DNA of 64,000 nucleotides from an uncultured Pseudomonadota bacterium (GTDB lineage Bacteria; UBA10199; JACPAL01; GCA-016699445): NCBI GenBank assembly GCA_964555055.1, contig CAZKQW010000001.1, positions 262,500 to 326,499 of the forward strand, read 5' to 3'. Shown piece by piece: positions 55,251 to 64,000 of this stretch (position 1 is its first letter; each line of letters starts with the position of its first letter). The notes under the pieces were generated by a model. It saw only the letters and a program-made list of their open reading frames with translations, ran no database searches and was not told where the DNA came from. The position numbers and the translations under genes were made by a program.

Positions 55251-56723
55251 TTATTGGAGGGCTATCTTTAAAGTCTTCAGTTTTTTATGGAGCGTGTTGC
55301 GGTTGATGCCCAGCATCTTGGCGGCCTTGAGCTGGTTGCCGTCCGTCTTTTGCAGGACGAGTTCGATCAAAGGCTTCTCCACGCGTTGGATCACCACTTC
55401 GTACAAATCATCCACGTCGTAGCCGTGCCATTTTTCGAGGAAATGCTGGAGCTTTTGGCGCACCAGATCCTCGATCGCGATTTCATCCAAATTCATTTGG
55501 GGCAACTGCCCAGAGAGGAAGGGATCGACGACTTCGCGGGTGATGGTCGTGCCGGGCGACATGACGATGGCCCGCTTGACGATGTTCTCCAATTCCCGGA
55601 CGTTTCCCGGCCATGCGTACTTGCGGAAGGACGCCAACACTTCCTTCCCAAAGACCTTGGATCCCGTGTCGAGTTCGACGCAGAACTTCTGCAGGAAATG
55701 ATTCGCCAGGAGGGGGATGTCTTCCTTTCGCATCCTCAAGGGAGCCACTTCCAAAGGCACCACGTTGAGACGGTAATATAAATCCTCGCGGAACTTCTTC
55801 TCCTTCACCATCTTCTCCAAATTCTGGTGGGTGGCCGCGATCACGCGGCACATCAAGGGCTTGGATCCCGTGCTCCCCAAGCGCGTGACTTCTTTTTCCT
55901 GTAAAACCCTCAAAATCTTCGCCTGCAAGGGCAACGGCATGTCTCCGATCTCGTCCAGGAACAAAGTCCCTCGGCCCGCCTTCTCGAAGTACCCGACCCT
56001 CTCCTCGGTGGCTCCCGTGAAAGCGCCTCTCATGTGGCCGAACAATTCGCTCTCCAGAAGCTCCTTGGGGATCGCCGCGACGTTCACCGCCATGAAGGGA
56101 TAAGCTGCCCGAGGGCTCTCGTGGTGGATAGCGCGCGCGATCATCTCCTTGCCGGTGCCCGACTCGCCTTGGATCAAGACCGTCACGTCCTTCGCGGCGA
56201 GCTTGCCGATGAGCTTATGCAGTTCGCGCACGGGCTTGCTGTGGCCGACGAGGGTGTGGGGAGCCACTTGCTCCTCCCGTATTTCCCTCACTTCCTCGCG
56301 CAGCTTCTCGACTTCGACCTCCAGGGCCCGTTCCCGCAACGCTTTTTCGACGATCACCTCGAGCTCCTCGACGTCGAAGGGCTTCGCTAAGTAGTCGAAA
56401 GCCCCGCGTTTCATGGCCTCGATCGCGTTCTTCATCGTGTCCTCGGCCGTGATCATGACGACGGGAGGGGGATTCTCCTTCCGACGCACTTGCTCCAATA
56501 GGGAAAACCCGTCCATGCCGGGGATGCGGATGTCGAGAAGAACGGCGTCGTAGGCGTTCTCGGCCAGGAGGGCGGCGGCTTTTTTCCCGTGGTCCGCGGT
56601 TTCCACATGATAACCGCGCCTCTTCAAGGCGTTACGGATGACCACGCGTAGGCTTTCCTCGTCATCCACGACGAGGATCTTTTTCACTTCCGTCGATTCC
56701 GTTTTTTCTGTTTCTGACGTCAT
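55251..56723 (-). CDS. sigma-54-dependent response regulator (NtrC family)
   Basis: REC (ILVVDDEESLR...AVLLDIRIPGMDG). AAA+ sigma-54 activator with Walker A GESGTGKE and the GAFTGA loop (RGAFTGA). C-terminal Fis-type HTH (QLKAAKMLGINRNTLHKKLK). Confidence 0.9.
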   Translation of the reverse strand: MTSETEKTESTEVKKILVVDDEESLRVVIRNALKRRGYHVETADHGKKAAALLAENAYDAVLLDIRIPGMDGFSLLEQVRRKENPPPVVMITAEDTMKNAIEAMKRGAFDYLAKPFDVEELEVIVEKALRERALEVEVEKLREEVREIREEQVAPHTLVGHSKPVRELHKLIGKLAAKDVTVLIQGESGTGKEMIARAIHHESPRAAYPFMAVNVAAIPKELLESELFGHMRGAFTGATEERVGYFEKAGRGTLFLDEIGDMPLPLQAKILRVLQEKEVTRLGSTGSKPLMCRVIAATHQNLEKMVKEKKFREDLYYRLNVVPLEVAPLRMRKEDIPLLANHFLQKFCVELDTGSKVFGKEVLASFRKYAWPGNVRELENIVKRAIVMSPGTTITREVVDPFLSGQLPQMNLDEIAIEDLVRQKLQHFLEKWHGYDVDDLYEVVIQRVEKPLIELVLQKTDGNQLKAAKMLGINRNTLHKKLKTLKIALQ

Positions 56724-56747
56724 AAGCGGCTCCTGAGGCGATATTCC

Positions 56748-57932
56748 TTAAGCGGTGCTCTTTAAGATGATTTGGACCGTCGTGCCTTTCCCTTCGCGGC
56801 TTTCGACGCGCAAAAATCCCCCGTGCTCGTTGACGATCCGTTGGGACATGGCGAGCCCGAGGCCATGCCCTTCGTCCTTGGTCGTGAAAAAAGGCGTGAA
56901 GATCTTTTCGAGGTTCTCCTTAGAAATACCCGCCCCGTTATCGGAAATCTCCGCCACAACCATGCGCGTGGATCGCTCCCCTTTCGCGTCCGTCGCCTCG
57001 CGGATCTTGTAATTCGTGTCGATACGGGAGCGAACACGGATTTCTCCGCCCGTCTCCGGGAGAGCCTCGCTGGCGTTCTTGAACATATTGACCAGCACCT
57101 GCTTCAACGAATGGGCGTCGGCCGACACGGGCGGCAAGCTGGGGTCGTACTCACGGATGAATTTGATCCTTTTTTCCGTCCGCACGCTCTCGAGCGAGAT
57201 CGTCTCGTCGAGGATCTCGTTCAGGTTCACGGGCTCCATGCGGAGGTTCTTGGGTTTGGAGAAGCTCAAGAGCTCCGTGATGAGGTGGTTCACGCGGTCG
57301 GACTCCTTGATGATGATACCCAAGCACTCTTGGGAATCCGGAGAGAGCGTTTCGCGCTGGAGTAACTGGGCCGCTCCACGAATGCCTCCCAGAGGATTCT
57401 TGATCTCATGGGCCAGACCGGAGGCGAGCGTGCCCATGGTCGCGAGCCGGTCCGCGCGGCGCACTTCCTCCTGCAGTCTTTTAATCGGCGTCAAGTCCCG
57501 CAGGACCATGATCCAACCCATCCAACCGCCTTCGTCGTTGATCAGCGGCGTGGCGAGCAGGTCGATGGTCAAAGGCTCGCGCTGGCGGTTGGTCCAGGAG
57601 ATCTCGCGCAGGCTCGCCCCCGTGCCTTCTTCGAACGACTTCTGCAGGGCGTCGATCACTTTTCGGTTTTCGGGAAACGCCTGCTCGAGCGTGAAGCCCA
57701 GCAACACCTCGGCGGAAGCGCCGACCATCTGCTCCGCGACGGGATTGATGCCCACGATATGGTTATTCTCGTTTAAGATCATCAAGCCCTCGCCGAAGGA
57801 GTTGAAAATCTCCTCCCAACGCAGCTTTAAGATGGAACCCTTTTTGCTGGTTTTCTTCGCCTTCGCCATAATCCGTCGCTTCGATGTGTGCCTGTTTTTT
57901 AGGCAGTACCATCCGCTTTCTCTCGATCGCAA
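56748..57932 (-). CDS. sensor histidine kinase (NtrB-like, PAS + HisKA + HATPase)
   Basis: PAS (GLMILNENNHIVGINPVAEQMVG). H-box LAHEIKNPLGGIRGAAQLL, NtrB-like. N/G boxes (NMFKNASEA, DNGAGI, GLGLAMSQRIV). The likely start is the internal MAKAKK (~57869). Confidence 0.85.
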   Translation of the reverse strand: MRSRESGWYCLKNRHTSKRRIMAKAKKTSKKGSILKLRWEEIFNSFGEGLMILNENNHIVGINPVAEQMVGASAEVLLGFTLEQAFPENRKVIDALQKSFEEGTGASLREISWTNRQREPLTIDLLATPLINDEGGWMGWIMVLRDLTPIKRLQEEVRRADRLATMGTLASGLAHEIKNPLGGIRGAAQLLQRETLSPDSQECLGIIIKESDRVNHLITELLSFSKPKNLRMEPVNLNEILDETISLESVRTEKRIKFIREYDPSLPPVSADAHSLKQVLVNMFKNASEALPETGGEIRVRSRIDTNYKIREATDAKGERSTRMVVAEISDNGAGISKENLEKIFTPFFTTKDEGHGLGLAMSQRIVNEHGGFLRVESREGKGTTVQIILKSTA

Positions 57933-57979
57933 GAAGATTCCATGTGGACTCTTAAAATCGATTCTGTCTAAGGAGCCGC

Positions 57980-58459
57980 ATGCTGAAATTCTTCTTCAAC
58001 CGCGACAGCTGGATGGTCACGGTCATGGAGCTGGTCGGCTTGACCGCTTATGGCATTTTCATTTATCGCTCCTGGACTCATTTCGGGTTTTTAGGATTCG
58101 CCTTAAGCTTCATCGTCCTTTGCTATCTTTTCATCCGGCTTTGCGACGTCATCCCATGGCACGGCGCGAAGAAGCGCACCGTCGGCGTGCGCGTCCACTT
58201 TCAAAAAGCCATCGTCCCCACGTCCTATATCCTCGCGGTCACGGCCATGCTCAGTCTCTTCCCCGTACCCATCCTATCGGCGGCGTTAGTCATTTTGGCG
58301 GTTCTCATGATGCTCGTGGTCACTCCGGTGAACGGCATCCTGGTTTATTTTTATTTCAAGGACAAAGACCCGCTTCCCGTCAACCACTTCAGCGGAAACC
58401 ACTATTTAAAGGACGATGGCAAGATACCTTATGAAAAAATACCGGCATCTGCTCGTTGA
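57980..58459 (+). CDS. hypothetical integral membrane protein
   Basis: Four hydrophobic segments. No motif. Confidence 0.35.
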   Translation: MLKFFFNRDSWMVTVMELVGLTAYGIFIYRSWTHFGFLGFALSFIVLCYLFIRLCDVIPWHGAKKRTVGVRVHFQKAIVPTSYILAVTAMLSLFPVPILSAALVILAVLMMLVVTPVNGILVYFYFKDKDPLPVNHFSGNHYLKDDGKIPYEKIPASAR

Positions 58460-59243
58460 GTCCAAAGGCCCGGCGCTCTGGATCACGCTCAACCGGCCCG
58501 AGACGAAGAATGCGTTCAACCTGCCCTTAGGTCGGGAACTCCTGCAAGCGGCCCGGGAGGGAATCCGGGATAAGAAACACGCCGTCATCATCCTGACCGG
58601 AGCCGGGGATAGCTTCTCGGCGGGCGGCGACATACGCCTCATGCGCGAGACTTTGGACGGAAAGAACGGGAAGCGGAAAATCAAAAAGTTTTTCCTCACG
58701 ATCTCCCAACTCGTGAACGACACCGTCACGGCGATGCGCCAAGGCCCCAAGCCCGTCATCGCCGCGATCCCGGGCTATGTCGGAGGCGTGGCCTTCGGTT
58801 TGGCCTTGGGGACGGACCTGCGGATCGCCTCGAAGGAAGCCCGGTTCAGCGCCGCGACGATCCGTTTAGGATTGGTCGCTAACGGCAGCGCGACCTATCA
58901 CTTGCCGCGTTTGGTCGGATTGGCGCGGGCAAGCGAGATTCTTCTCCTGGGAGATATGATTTCGGCCGATGAAGCTTTAAATAGGGGCCTGATCAACAGC
59001 GTCGTCGACCGCGAGACTCTCGAAAACGCCGTCCAAGAGATGGCCGAAAGACTCGCGGCATCTCCCCGACAAGCCTTAGCCCGCGTGAAACAAATCTTAA
59101 ACCAAAGCCTCTCCTCCACTCTAGCGGCTCAGCTCGAAAGGGAACGTCAATCCATCGCGTGGTCGTCGACTTTGCCGGACTTCGACGAAGGCGTCGCGGC
59201 GTTCGTGGAGAAACGAAAACCCCGCTTTCACCGATCCTTATGA
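58416..59243 (+). CDS. enoyl-CoA hydratase/isomerase (crotonase) family protein
   Basis: LWITLNRPETKNAF, ILTGAGDSFSAGGDI, AAIPGYVGGVAFGLALGTDLRIAS, the typical crotonase fold signature. Confidence 0.8.
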   Translation: MARYLMKKYRHLLVESKGPALWITLNRPETKNAFNLPLGRELLQAAREGIRDKKHAVIILTGAGDSFSAGGDIRLMRETLDGKNGKRKIKKFFLTISQLVNDTVTAMRQGPKPVIAAIPGYVGGVAFGLALGTDLRIASKEARFSAATIRLGLVANGSATYHLPRLVGLARASEILLLGDMISADEALNRGLINSVVDRETLENAVQEMAERLAASPRQALARVKQILNQSLSSTLAAQLERERQSIAWSSTLPDFDEGVAAFVEKRKPRFHRSL

Positions 59244-60280
59244 TCATTTTAGCCATCGAAACCTCCTGCGACGAAACGGCCGTGGCCGTTTTGGATATCG
59301 AAAAGGGAAAGAAAAATTTCCCCCCAAAATTTCCAAAGACAAAGATCCTCTCGAATCTGATCGCTTCGCAGCACGATATCCACGGGCCCTACGGCGGGAT
59401 CTTTCCCGAGCTCGCGAGCCGTCGGCACATCGAAGTCATCCGCCCGATGGTGGAGGACGCGCTGAAAGCCGCGAAAATCGCGCCGAAAAAACTCTCGGGC
59501 GTCGCCGTCACGAACGCGCCGGGGCTCGTCGGCGCTTTGCTGGTCGGGCTCTCGTTCGCCAAGGCCTACGCGATGGGATTGGGGATCCCCTTCATCGGCG
59601 TCAACCATCTGGAAGGCCATTTGAACGCGCCTTTATTGGCCCACGAAAAAATCCCTTACCCCCATCTAGGGCTTGTCGTTTCTGGCGGCCATACGGCCCT
59701 CTATCTGGTGAAGAAATTCGGAGAGTATCGTTATCTGGGCGGCACCCGCGACGATGCCGCGGGCGAAGCCTTCGACAAAGTCGCGAAGCTTCTTGATTTA
59801 GGCTATCCCGGAGGACCTGTCGTCGATAAAACCGCCAAGGCGGGGAATCCGAAAGCGATTAAATTCCCGACGCCGAAACTCCCGGCATACGAGTTCAGCT
59901 TCAGCGGGCTCAAGACCTTCACGCGGCAACTGATCGAAAAGAACGCCCACTCCGTCGCCGACGTGTGCGCGTCGTTTCAGGAAGCCGTCGTGGACGTGCT
60001 CGTGGAAAAGACCCTCGCCGCCGCCAAGGCCTACCGTTGCCCGTCGATCGTCCTCACCGGAGGCGTCGCCTGCAACTCCCGCCTCCGCACGAAAATGACA
60101 GAAGCGGCCCTCAAAGCCAAAAAGAAGGCCTACATCGCTCCGCCCGTATACTGCACGGACAACGCGTCTATGATCGGGTACGTGGGAGGCCGGTACCTGC
60201 TTCAAGGAAAGTCGTCGTCTTTAACGCTTAACGCCGTGGCTAATATGGGCTTTATGAATAGGGGGAACGAAAACGAATGA
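59240..60280 (+). CDS. tsaD: tRNA N6-adenosine threonylcarbamoyltransferase
   Basis: Starts MIILAIETSCDETAVAVLD (ATGA overlap with the crotonase stop). Also has GVNHLEGH, GLVVSGGHT and GGVACN motifs. The track ORF from 59159 is an extension. Confidence 0.9.
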   Translation: MIILAIETSCDETAVAVLDIEKGKKNFPPKFPKTKILSNLIASQHDIHGPYGGIFPELASRRHIEVIRPMVEDALKAAKIAPKKLSGVAVTNAPGLVGALLVGLSFAKAYAMGLGIPFIGVNHLEGHLNAPLLAHEKIPYPHLGLVVSGGHTALYLVKKFGEYRYLGGTRDDAAGEAFDKVAKLLDLGYPGGPVVDKTAKAGNPKAIKFPTPKLPAYEFSFSGLKTFTRQLIEKNAHSVADVCASFQEAVVDVLVEKTLAAAKAYRCPSIVLTGGVACNSRLRTKMTEAALKAKKKAYIAPPVYCTDNASMIGYVGGRYLLQGKSSSLTLNAVANMGFMNRGNENE

Positions 60281-60294
60281 AAAGACGATAAGGA

Positions 60295-63200
60295 TCAGAG
60301 CTGACGGGGAATATATTCTTGGATATCTCTTAAAGTCCTCATCCATGCTTGTATCCTTCCCTTTGTGTCAATAGGAAGCCTGGGTTCAACGACCTCGTAC
60401 AACTCATCAATGTTCCTCACGTCCCTTTTTAAATCCAGAAGTAACGTGTCTTTTTTATCCATGACGATTTCCCTTGGAAGTTTATCGAAAGCCATTTGGT
60501 TGTTATGTTCCAGGTGAAAAGCGAGATCGATTAGATTAACATCGGGGGAACGGGCCTCCCACATCTTAAGCCCCATTTCAGCGATGGCGGACCAACGAGG
60601 CCCTCCCGCATCGTCTTCATTTTTGTTTCCCCACTCTTCTTGGGAAAAACGCTGCGTGGCGCCTAGGAAAAAAAGGCGAATCTCCTCTTCCGTAGCCAAC
60701 TCCATGAATGTTTCCACATCCAACACCATCCCTTCCCGCCCACTTAAGAAAATATCCACATGCCCCACGAGTGGAGAAGAAGCATGATCCTGCATGTGGT
60801 TCAGCTCACCATGAACCGCATAAATTAAGTACTCCCGAATCCAAGAGAATATCCTAGCTTCTCGGGCGACAAAAGCAGCCCTCATCACTTCCGCCTGACC
60901 TCTTAATTCGGGAGAGAGCTTACGACGGCTTGCCTGCAACAAGTCTTTCTTGATGGCTTGTATGAGGTAAAATTCCGTGATCTCTTCGAATAAAATCTTT
61001 TTTTCGCGGTTTAATTCCCGGACGACACGATGGGTACGCTTGTCGGATTCCGCCTTTAATCTTTCCGGTGGGATCACTATCTCCACCCCTAATGGCCCTA
61101 ACAGTTCTAACTCATCTGCCGTCTTGAAATTTTCGAAAGCCACGAGTCTCGACATAAGAGCCCTGACCTGTGTCAGATTCGACGCAAGCTCGATTCCTAA
61201 ATGATCCCTTAATAAGGCAAGGCCTCCAAAACGATGACGCTTGACAAATGAGTCCCTGACGCGCCTTAGGTGGTCGGGACGTGTGCAGTTTTTCAGATGC
61301 TTTAGAATCGATTGCTTTTCGGTGTTCTTCAAGCTGAGCGAAGCCATCACGCGGTCGACCTTATCTAAAAGGGCCAACTCGACGTCCTCTAAGGCTACGA
61401 AGAATTGGTTACCGTATAAGTGAACTAAAAACTTAAGAACCCTTTGTTGCTGGAGGAGAGGCCAACCGGTATTCGCTAAATCCTCCAGCGCCCCCGGTAA
61501 AGGTTCCATTTTATAGTCCGTGTCACCCGTTATCGCATTCCAAATGATTTCTAGCAGCTCGTCTCTTTCTGTGTCCCCCCAACCATGAGCTTTAAAGGAC
61601 TCATGAAGGTCAGGATAGTCGCTGAGAAGCGTCTTAAAGCCAGGATCTTTTTTCGAAAGTGGAGCTGGAGCGGGCAGGTGAACCGTACTCCCCGTTTTCA
61701 CTCCCGCGGCTGAAAATTCATAGGCTACCTTTCGAGATGTTATGACGGCGCGCACCATAGGCATTAGATCTTGAGTGACGCCACGTTGAATCCCAATCAG
61801 CGCACCTCTTGCTCCGTCTATACCCGAAGGATCTTCTATATCTAATCCAAGGCCGGGAAAAGCATCTTGAGCCAGTTCATTGAAGGCAAAAATCCTGTCT
61901 TTCAAGTGCGGAAACTTGGTGGCAACTTCCAAGGACATTCCTTGTTCGGCGACTAGTACTAAGGTAGGGGTAATACCCCCATTTTTTTCATCAAGATCTC
62001 TATATAAGGAACTTGGCGTGAACTCATCGATGACCCGCAAATGAACACCCGCTTCCATACATAAGCTCACGATCATAGGATCCATATCGTCAGGCTCAAA
62101 CGTGAAACCTCCTGAATGGACCTCGACGTCGCCCTCCAATCCTTCCTCATATAAAGCGTTTTTCATCAAAATATGCATGAGAGCAGACCGGTGACGATTG
62201 CCGTGGCACACGAAATAAAAAGTCGGTTTTTCGGATTCTTTCAGTAAACGCGTAGCTCTTTCAATAGGATCGTCATGGTTTGATCGGGACGGTAAAACGG
62301 ACGTCGTGACGGGACGTACTTGTAGGACGTGAAGGTCTCTTTCACTGAACGTAAATTCCATATCCACATCGAAACCGTAAAATGATTTTAAACGTTCGAC
62401 CACGGCCGCCACTTCTAATACCTGATCTCTCGTTAAACAAGGCTTCAACGTATCCTCATGCTCTATCGGTCTTAATTCGGTACCTCCATACTCCAACGCC
62501 ACCACATGCTGATTTTTTTCCACGGATCTCGATTGCACGTTCCCGTTGGTATCGATGCGATAGATGTCGCTCGGAACCTGCCCCGTGACGATACCTTCCC
62601 CCAAACCATAACCGGCGGTCACCATGATTGAGGCATCCTGGCGCAGGGGATCGCGGCTAAACGCCACGCCAGAAACCCGGCCCTTGATCATCTCTTGGAT
62701 CGTCACGGCCACTTTAGGCGCCCCTAAGCCTCCATGCCGTTCGTAACGATAGAGTACGCCGGCAGGTTCCCAAAAAGACGCCCACACTCTTTGAAGCACG
62801 TTAAACAACTCTTTTGGCGTGTTAAAGATGCAATTCAAATAAGTCTTGGCCATACCCGCGTACGCGCCGGATGTGGCATCCTCTAGTATACCGGATGATC
62901 GAACAGCCACAGGAACATAACTTATTTCATTAATCTCAACGGCGGCCTGAATCTCTGCCTGAAACCTCTCAGGGGCCACCGCATGGGTTAACAGGAACTG
63001 CATTTCGAGGCAGGCAGCCTCCACGAGCCCAGAATCTACTTCCGCAGTTTCCAGAGCTTTATCGATACGCGACTGAATAGCGTCGAAATCCGCGCGGATG
63101 CCGGAAACTTCGAGAAACTTCTCGAAAGCGGAGGCGCTCAACCCGATCCCTTTCGGCGTACGAGCCGCCAGCCCCTCCATCTTAGCGACGTCGCCCAAGC

Positions 63201-64000
63201 GAGCGAACTTTCCTCCCACGAAGGGAATATAACGGCTATCCACGTCCGCGAGACGGTAGAAAAGACGGACAGGATCGGTCACAGGCACCGGATCACCTCC
63301 GGCACTTTCCACACGACGGCCGGTAGGAACCGTTTCCATTTTTTTCAATCTCTGTTTCCTTTCCCAAAGGAATGCCTTGATACCGTGAAAATCAGCCGGA
63401 TCGGCGAACTGTTGGACGCGGTCAACAGCTTGATTAAGGAATTCGAGTTCCCGCAGTTGAAATTGGACCTCCAAACGAACGTCGTCCGATTGCGACGCAG
63501 CTGCTTGAAGGTAGAGCAGAAGGCGTTGAGCCTCCCTTTCCACCTCTTTCTTAAGAGTATCTCCATCCGCGATAAGCTCCGATAGGCGGGACGCGGTGGT
63601 ATCATAAGCCGCGCTTCCCCAGAGCACTTCTTCCAAATAAAACTGGGCTTTCGTCGTGGGGTTAAATCGACCCCAATCACCCGCTTTAATCACGAAAATA
63701 CCGCCACGTTCCTCAGAACCACAGACCCGCAGTAGATCTCCTTCTTCGATTCTAATTCTCATGGCACCCTCGCCCATGACCAATTCCAATTCATCTTCGT
63801 CCGCTAGACGATTTTTTTTGATCGTCGCCCCCTCCAAAATAACCGCATGCTTACCGAGCTCTCGTGCGGTAATGGCCGCATGGCTGAGAGGACCACCCTT
63901 AATGGTTACGATTCCTCCCGCTTTCTTCATAGCTACCCAATCTTCTCCGGGCTGGGTCAATTCTCGAATTAAGATATCCCCTTCCTCCACGTTTCTAGAG
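60295..64000 (-). CDS. very large multidomain protein: PEP-utilizing swivel domain, PPDK/PEP-synthase N-terminal nucleotide-binding domain, LMW phosphotyrosine-phosphatase-like domain, and a ~470-aa unknown C-terminal region; N-terminus beyond the window
   Basis: Swivel phospho-His domain (GGPLSHAAITARELGKHAVI). PPDK_N (IPFVGGKFARLGD..., RSSGILEDATSGAYAGMAKTY, FSRDP). LMW-PTP P-loop VCHGNRHRS (CX5R-S). The frame stays open to position 64000. Confidence 0.7.
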   Translation of the reverse strand, partial: SRNVEEGDILIRELTQPGEDWVAMKKAGGIVTIKGGPLSHAAITARELGKHAVILEGATIKKNRLADEDELELVMGEGAMRIRIEEGDLLRVCGSEERGGIFVIKAGDWGRFNPTTKAQFYLEEVLWGSAAYDTTASRLSELIADGDTLKKEVEREAQRLLLYLQAAASQSDDVRLEVQFQLRELEFLNQAVDRVQQFADPADFHGIKAFLWERKQRLKKMETVPTGRRVESAGGDPVPVTDPVRLFYRLADVDSRYIPFVGGKFARLGDVAKMEGLAARTPKGIGLSASAFEKFLEVSGIRADFDAIQSRIDKALETAEVDSGLVEAACLEMQFLLTHAVAPERFQAEIQAAVEINEISYVPVAVRSSGILEDATSGAYAGMAKTYLNCIFNTPKELFNVLQRVWASFWEPAGVLYRYERHGGLGAPKVAVTIQEMIKGRVSGVAFSRDPLRQDASIMVTAGYGLGEGIVTGQVPSDIYRIDTNGNVQSRSVEKNQHVVALEYGGTELRPIEHEDTLKPCLTRDQVLEVAAVVERLKSFYGFDVDMEFTFSERDLHVLQVRPVTTSVLPSRSNHDDPIERATRLLKESEKPTFYFVCHGNRHRSALMHILMKNALYEEGLEGDVEVHSGGFTFEPDDMDPMIVSLCMEAGVHLRVIDEFTPSSLYRDLDEKNGGITPTLVLVAEQGMSLEVATKFPHLKDRIFAFNELAQDAFPGLGLDIEDPSGIDGARGALIGIQRGVTQDLMPMVRAVITSRKVAYEFSAAGVKTGSTVHLPAPAPLSKKDPGFKTLLSDYPDLHESFKAHGWGDTERDELLEIIWNAITGDTDYKMEPLPGALEDLANTGWPLLQQQRVLKFLVHLYGNQFFVALEDVELALLDKVDRVMASLSLKNTEKQSILKHLKNCTRPDHLRRVRDSFVKRHRFGGLALLRDHLGIELASNLTQVRALMSRLVAFENFKTADELELLGPLGVEIVIPPERLKAESDKRTHRVVRELNREKKILFEEITEFYLIQAIKKDLLQASRRKLSPELRGQAEVMRAAFVAREARIFSWIREYLIYAVHGELNHMQDHASSPLVGHVDIFLSGREGMVLDVETFMELATEEEIRLFFLGATQRFSQEEWGNKNEDDAGGPRWSAIAEMGLKMWEARSPDVNLIDLAFHLEHNNQMAFDKLPREIVMDKKDTLLLDLKRDVRNIDELYEVVEPRLPIDTKGRIQAWMRTLRDIQEYIPRQL

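Overview
This is a 64-kb chromosomal stretch from a diderm bacterium; lineage not assigned. Most of it is dense housekeeping coding sequence on both strands, with visibly GC-rich codon usage. Calls rest on motif-level recognition by eye; no database searches were run.

Main blocks, in order:
- hemB, diverging from three consecutive large ORFan proteins.
- A translationally coupled lipoprotein-maturation operon: lgt, a lipoprotein, ileS, lspA and a second lgt paralog, followed by a CPBP protease.
- rluA-family synthase, murJ, rpsT, a DUF2400 protein, nadA, relA/spoT, gmk and yicC.
- A long minus-strand operon: lysS, lolC/E, lolC/E, lolD, bamA, skp, a Trm112-like/FHA protein, yicC and gmk.
- A ~980-aa Cys-rich lipoprotein.
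- prfB with its classic programmed +1 frameshift (AGGAGGAGG CTT TGA C), then lnt, ybeY, a 7TM-HD receptor, phoH and yjbQ.
- A signalling cluster: an HTH-REC regulator, a CheY-like REC protein, a PAS histidine kinase and a degenerate GGDEF-REC protein.
- rlmE, pabB and pabC.
- thiE, thiD, a ZIP transporter, an NtrC/NtrB-like sigma-54 two-component pair, a crotonase, tsaD, and a very large PEP-utilizer/PPDK_N/LMW-PTP multidomain protein that runs off the window.

The standout is a ~2.3-kb, conspicuously AT-rich insertion at 49245..51555, between pabC and a host-like minus-strand gene. It has no integrase or tRNA. It carries an array of four copies (both orientations) of a TGTACTGTACA-like operator motif, followed by three ATGA-overlap-coupled genes:
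- a 107-aa highly charged small protein;
- a 229-aa Pol-beta-fold minimal nucleotidyltransferase (GS...DID...hEh motifs);
- a 313-aa protein with a clear N-terminal TIR domain (YDVAFSF..SQDE ... TVVILYREEW....RIEE) plus an uncharacterised C-terminal domain.

This architecture does not match canonical Thoeris, CBASS, Pycsar or AbiE layouts. It is the best candidate here for a previously undescribed TIR-based antiphage defence or abortive-infection system. No rRNA, tRNA, CRISPR or transposase could be supported.
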